DNA from: Heteronotia binoei
Taxonomy: Eukaryota
DNA length: 64,000 nucleotides
Assembly: GCF_032191835.1 (NCBI RefSeq)
Contig: NC_083234.1
Coordinates: forward strand, 55,304,001 to 55,368,000
Direction of reading: 5' to 3'
Part shown: in pieces, positions 59,573 through 64,000 of the stretch
Numbering within the stretch: the stretch's first letter is position 1
How the letters are laid out: the number at the start of each line of letters is the position of its first letter
Notes under the pieces: generated by a model
Seen by the model: only the letters and a program-made list of their open reading frames with translations
What the model was told of the DNA's origin: nothing
The model's database searches: none
Made by a program: the position numbers and the translations under genes

Positions 59573-60652
59573 GCCAGCCTGCTCTGTCAGGGACCCTCCT
59601 TGGCCTGCGAGGCCATCCCTGAGGGCTGGGGTGAGTGACCGCAGCCCTTCCACTTGGCTTTGCTTTCCTGTCCACTGCCACAGTCAACAAGACCTGGCTG
59701 CATTGGAGGAATCTGGGACAACCTGGCCAAAGCAGACTCCTCTGCCTTCGTTTTTAACGGAGTTTCATGGTTTTTGTTACTTATATAGGTTTGTTCACAT
59801 AAAAACACATGTAAAACTTTATGTCTGCCAGGACCCTTTTGCGAGGGTAGCCAGCTTCATCCTCCAGCCTAGAATGCTACATGGGTGCTACGGAGGATTC
59901 TTGGGGCTGCCAACTCCTCGGGTCAGGGGCTCTGTACCGTTGGCAGCTCTGTGAGAAGCAGAAATCGAGGGGAAGAAGGTTGCCCCTACTGAATTTCTCC
60001 TAGCTGAAGTCACAAAGAAGCAGAGCAAGAGTGAGAATACCTCAACCCTAGAGAAGCACAACCTAGGCTAAGCTCGGTTGCAGCTGTTCTGCCAGATTGA
60101 GTTTCACTCGCCGCTTCTGTTCCCCCTTGGAGCAGCGGAAGCTGTGCTTTGCTGTTGATGTTCCAGCTGGCATCCTGCTCCATTTATAGGTACACTCTCC
60201 CAGTTACACATTTGGAAGGAAGGAAGGAGCCCCCTGAGAGTTATGAATGACTGGAGTCTAAAAGAAACCCCAGCAAAGACTGCCAGGAAGGAGGTGAGCA
60301 AAAGCATTTAAGGAGGGCGTCAGGCCTTCGACCCAGCCCCTCAGTAAACAACTCAGAGCTAGAGTTTTCTCTGTGATCCCTGCAGAGGGGGGGAGAGGAA
60401 AGTGACAATCAAGGCATGTGTGGGGTCAAAGGGTGAAGGTGAGATCACCTGCTGTAACAACTCGGTCACTCAGCCATTTAGACTGATCTAGAGCAAGGGG
60501 TTCCTTCTTCAGGAGAGTTGTTGGAGGGAGTTAAAAGAGTTTGGTGTACACAAAGGGTTGAGCCTCTTAGAAACGTGGAATATCAGTCTGCCCCCAAACT
60601 CAGAGGGACAATGCTTCTGAACTACATCACATCAGCAGCACAGCATGGATTC

Positions 60653-60658
60653 AATAAA
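60653..60658 (+). terminator. Candidate FBXW5 polyadenylation signal
   Basis: Canonical AATAAA about 1.1 kb after the stop codon; no transcript evidence available. Confidence 0.35.
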
Positions 60659-63600
60659 CTTCCTTAAGCACCTCTTTGAGAGCTACGCTTGTCTTGCAGT
60701 GAGATTTCTCTAGCAGGGGCTGCTTTGTGAAACAAGTGTTAACATGATTGGGGAGGGAGGAGAGAAGACAGCAAGCCAGCCTTTGCTGCCCCGGCTGTCA
60801 GTTCATTACATTAGGCGTCGCTTGTGTGGTGACCAGGACTTGAGATCTGACAGGCAGCAACTGTTGAGAGATGGAGCTGTTCTGATGAAAGTCAAGTGTC
60901 TTATGTAATTTTGCCATGTATGCAATTACAAAGAGGGGGCAGGGATCTTCTCTGCCCAGCCCCTCTGCCAGTGCATTCTAACTGCTCAAGTGCAGTGCAG
61001 TAATGCCTCTCAATTGAATAATGGAGGGGAAGATTTACCTGTTATTGTAGCTTGTAGCCCACATCATATGAGACTAGGTATCAGTAAATTAAAACCAATT
61101 CCAAAGGCCTCCAAAAGCCATTCACATTTCAGAAGAGAATCAGACAAATGAGCCCCCCTACGATGGGAGTTCAAGATTTGGCCATCTCCACTGTGGGCCC
61201 TTGAATTCCTCCAATAGAAAAAGCACACAGAGCAGGGGCTCATCTTCTGGTTGCCAGGCACAAAATAAAAGGTGCTTCCTTCTGAACCTCCAAACCCAGA
61301 ATTATCAGGTTTAATGAAATGGGAGTGGTTTCTCTACCCAAACAAAATCATCAGGTGACCCTACTGAAGTCCCCTTTCTCAAACACAAATGAAATGAGGT
61401 TTTGGTCATAGCTTTTATTAAGCCACTTCAGCTTCTTGACCAGCATGGCAGAACAGCATTTTCACAATTACAACCAAAATTCACTCCACAACTTCCTCCA
61501 GCCAACCTGAGGCCCGAATGGCCAAGTGTGGCCACCAGACTCTTCCACCATTCTCTGCTTTGCAATCAGCCTCTCCTTCCTTCCTCTTTCAGGGGCCGGT
61601 GGGGAGGGAAGGGGGAAGCAGGACTGATGGGTCAGCACCCAGTGACACCAAGCCAGCCTCCTCACCAAGCTCACCATTTGGCTCCCCAAAGTGGCCAGCA
61701 GGTACTTCAGAGCAGTCCACACGCAAGGCATGAAAGCAACATTTTTTCTCCCCCCACCAACTGTTAGTCAAAGATACACTGCCTCCAAACGCAGAGGCAC
61801 CATTCAGCTATCAAACTAACAACTTGGTTAACCCACCCTAATGGAAGACGGATTTATAATAAACTGCAGTCGGGAGAACGTTGTGATCATCACAGTGCCT
61901 TTTCCATGCTGTTGCCACCCCGCTTGAGCATTCTCCCCAAAATGCCCTTCTGTGGCCAGTTTTTACGTATCTATTTACAGAGCAGGATGATGCTTATTTC
62001 CAGACAACCACAGAAGAACATACCACTAATGGGGTACCAACGTTTAGGGTCTTGGCCTTTTAAGAATCTCAGCCGTCATTCTGAAAACACAAGGGAACTT
62101 GTAGCCCTTTAGGGTGGCAGAAATAAGCTTCTGTGGTTGCAGAAATAAGCTTCAAAGTGTGTAACATGAGGGTGAATCTCAGGACTTCCACAGGTGCTAA
62201 GAATGCCAGTGATCAAGGGAGGAGGGTATGGCCTTATCCAAGAACTCCTTATCCTTTAGGTCTACCAGAATAAATATTAAATATCATGCAAGTTTGTGTA
62301 AGTTACAGAGGTTGCAAAATATAGCTTTGACTTTTCTTTTTTAAAGAAATACACACACACAGTCTGTATGCCTTCATTCATCAGTAGGGATTGGCCAAGA
62401 TTAGATCTTCTCCAGAAACTGCCTTTCCACAAAGCAGGTGCTGAAGGGATTTATGCTGCCTTCACTATACAGCTTCCCAATGAAGGAAGGAGACTTTGGC
62501 AAGGCTCAAATTTGATAGCCAGCTCTGGTGCAGAAACAGAGTTCATGCTCTCGTTTGGCAACCGGTTTGTACAGGTGGCTGTCCCATCCAACCTTGCAGC
62601 ATGTACTCTGGCTGATAGCAGTGTCCCAGGATCATCACCTGCTGCATGAAATCCTTTAACTAGAGATGTCCATTTCTGAATCTGGGACCTTCTGTGTACA
62701 AGCAAAGCAAACATACACAAAGGAAGCTGCCATCCCAAGTCAGATGGTTAGTCCATCTAGCCTCGGACTCTGAACAGCAGTAGGTCTCTAGAAGCACCAG
62801 TGAGTCGCGTAGGAAAGAAACAGTACTGTTGCATCTGACCACCAAACAGACTGTCAGCCAATCTGGCTTACTATTGCTTACTCTGACTGGCAGGAGCATA
62901 CCAGTGTCTCAGGCAGAGGAACACCTGCTATCCAAGATCCTTTAAACAGACCAGATGCAACTGGAGCAGCCAAAATATGTCTGAAGCAGAGACATAGCAG
63001 AACAACCTGAGTTTTAAGTGACACTCCCAGAGAGCAGCCACAGGGCTTCAGTCAAAAGCAGACAGCCCATAGGTTTCACACATCCACTACATAACAGTGA
63101 CACTTACTCCCCAATTTTAATTTGGAATAAAAGGTCTTTCGCTGCTTATGCATTTGGGAAATAACTGGCCTGAGAGAACCTGCTGCTGGTTCATAATGAA
63201 GAGAGAGCCCCACAAAACCCACACTAGTTTTCCTGCCTTCTTCTCTATAAATGCAAATGGTGCATGGCAATCCACTGCCTTTGGTAGCATTAGCCAGAAG
63301 ACAGCTCATATTTGTGCACTTAGAGGGGATACAGAGCGCAGAACTGCTTCAGTACTATTCAGGCCCCAAAGAGGTAAGAACTGGGGCGTGAGGGAGGGGA
63401 GAAGAGAATGTGAAAGGGTCTGGCCCTAGTTGCACACTAGAAGCACATGTCAGTTAGAAATGCCCCCTGGAGCTCTGCATATCCACATCAAGTCATTAGG
63501 ATCAGACAGGGAAAGAGACCACCTCTTCTTCCTGTCTGGAAGCAACTGAAGAGAGAAGGGAACGAAAGGTTGCTTAGCACACACTCCATTCAGAGGTTAA

Positions 63601-64000
63601 ATCATAGCGGTTGAAAGATATACTTGAAATCATACGGGCCCAAGAAGAGAGGGGCAAGCAGGACATGTGAAGACCAGAGCTACATACAGCTCCTCTGTAC
63701 AGGTTGGTGACCTAGCACCCTGAGCTATTTATTCATTTGCTTTATCTGCCATGCCCAGTAGCTTGGCCAGAAAAAGCCGGACAAGAGCTCACAATACACA
63801 GCCCTCCACATACAAACCGCAAACTTTCTTCTCCTGTACCTGACAAATGTTTTCAAGCAACTCGTATACAGCAAGTGGCTGGCCTAGTAATGATCCCCCA
63901 CAGACACACACACACTCCTGTAGTTCTCTCCTGCACTGTACATCCTGTCTCTTCAACCTGGCCTTAACCTCTGAAATACTAAGCAGGTAACAGAGTAGGT

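Overview
Eukaryotic genomic DNA from a squamate reptile, very likely a gecko (inferred from its SINE/MITE repertoire). The window is the syntenic equivalent of the human 9q34.3 FBXW5-C8G-PTGDS lipocalin locus. I reconstructed four spliced genes by hand, with GT-AG junctions and consistent phases. On the minus strand: an LCN15-like lipocalin (exons 1-4; 3' end lies left of the window), a complete PTGDS (186 aa) and a complete but strongly divergent C8G (204 aa). On the plus strand, head-to-head with C8G: a complete FBXW5 (591 aa). Introns and spacers are dense with transposons: a near full-length decayed hAT with TIRs and TSD, several hAT MITE families, CR1, L1, L2, RTE/BovB fragments, tRNA- and 5S-derived SINEs, and Penelope-like inverted repeats, often nested. 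The most notable points are the remodelled C8-gamma, a MITE resembling primate MER1A (possible horizontal transfer), hairpin-array elements inside and upstream of C8G, a MITE that disperses KLF+octamer motifs, and an overlapping uORF on FBXW5. Comparisons with human or chicken proteins and repeat consensus sequences are from memory, not from searches. No CRISPR array, real tRNA gene or real rRNA gene is supported.
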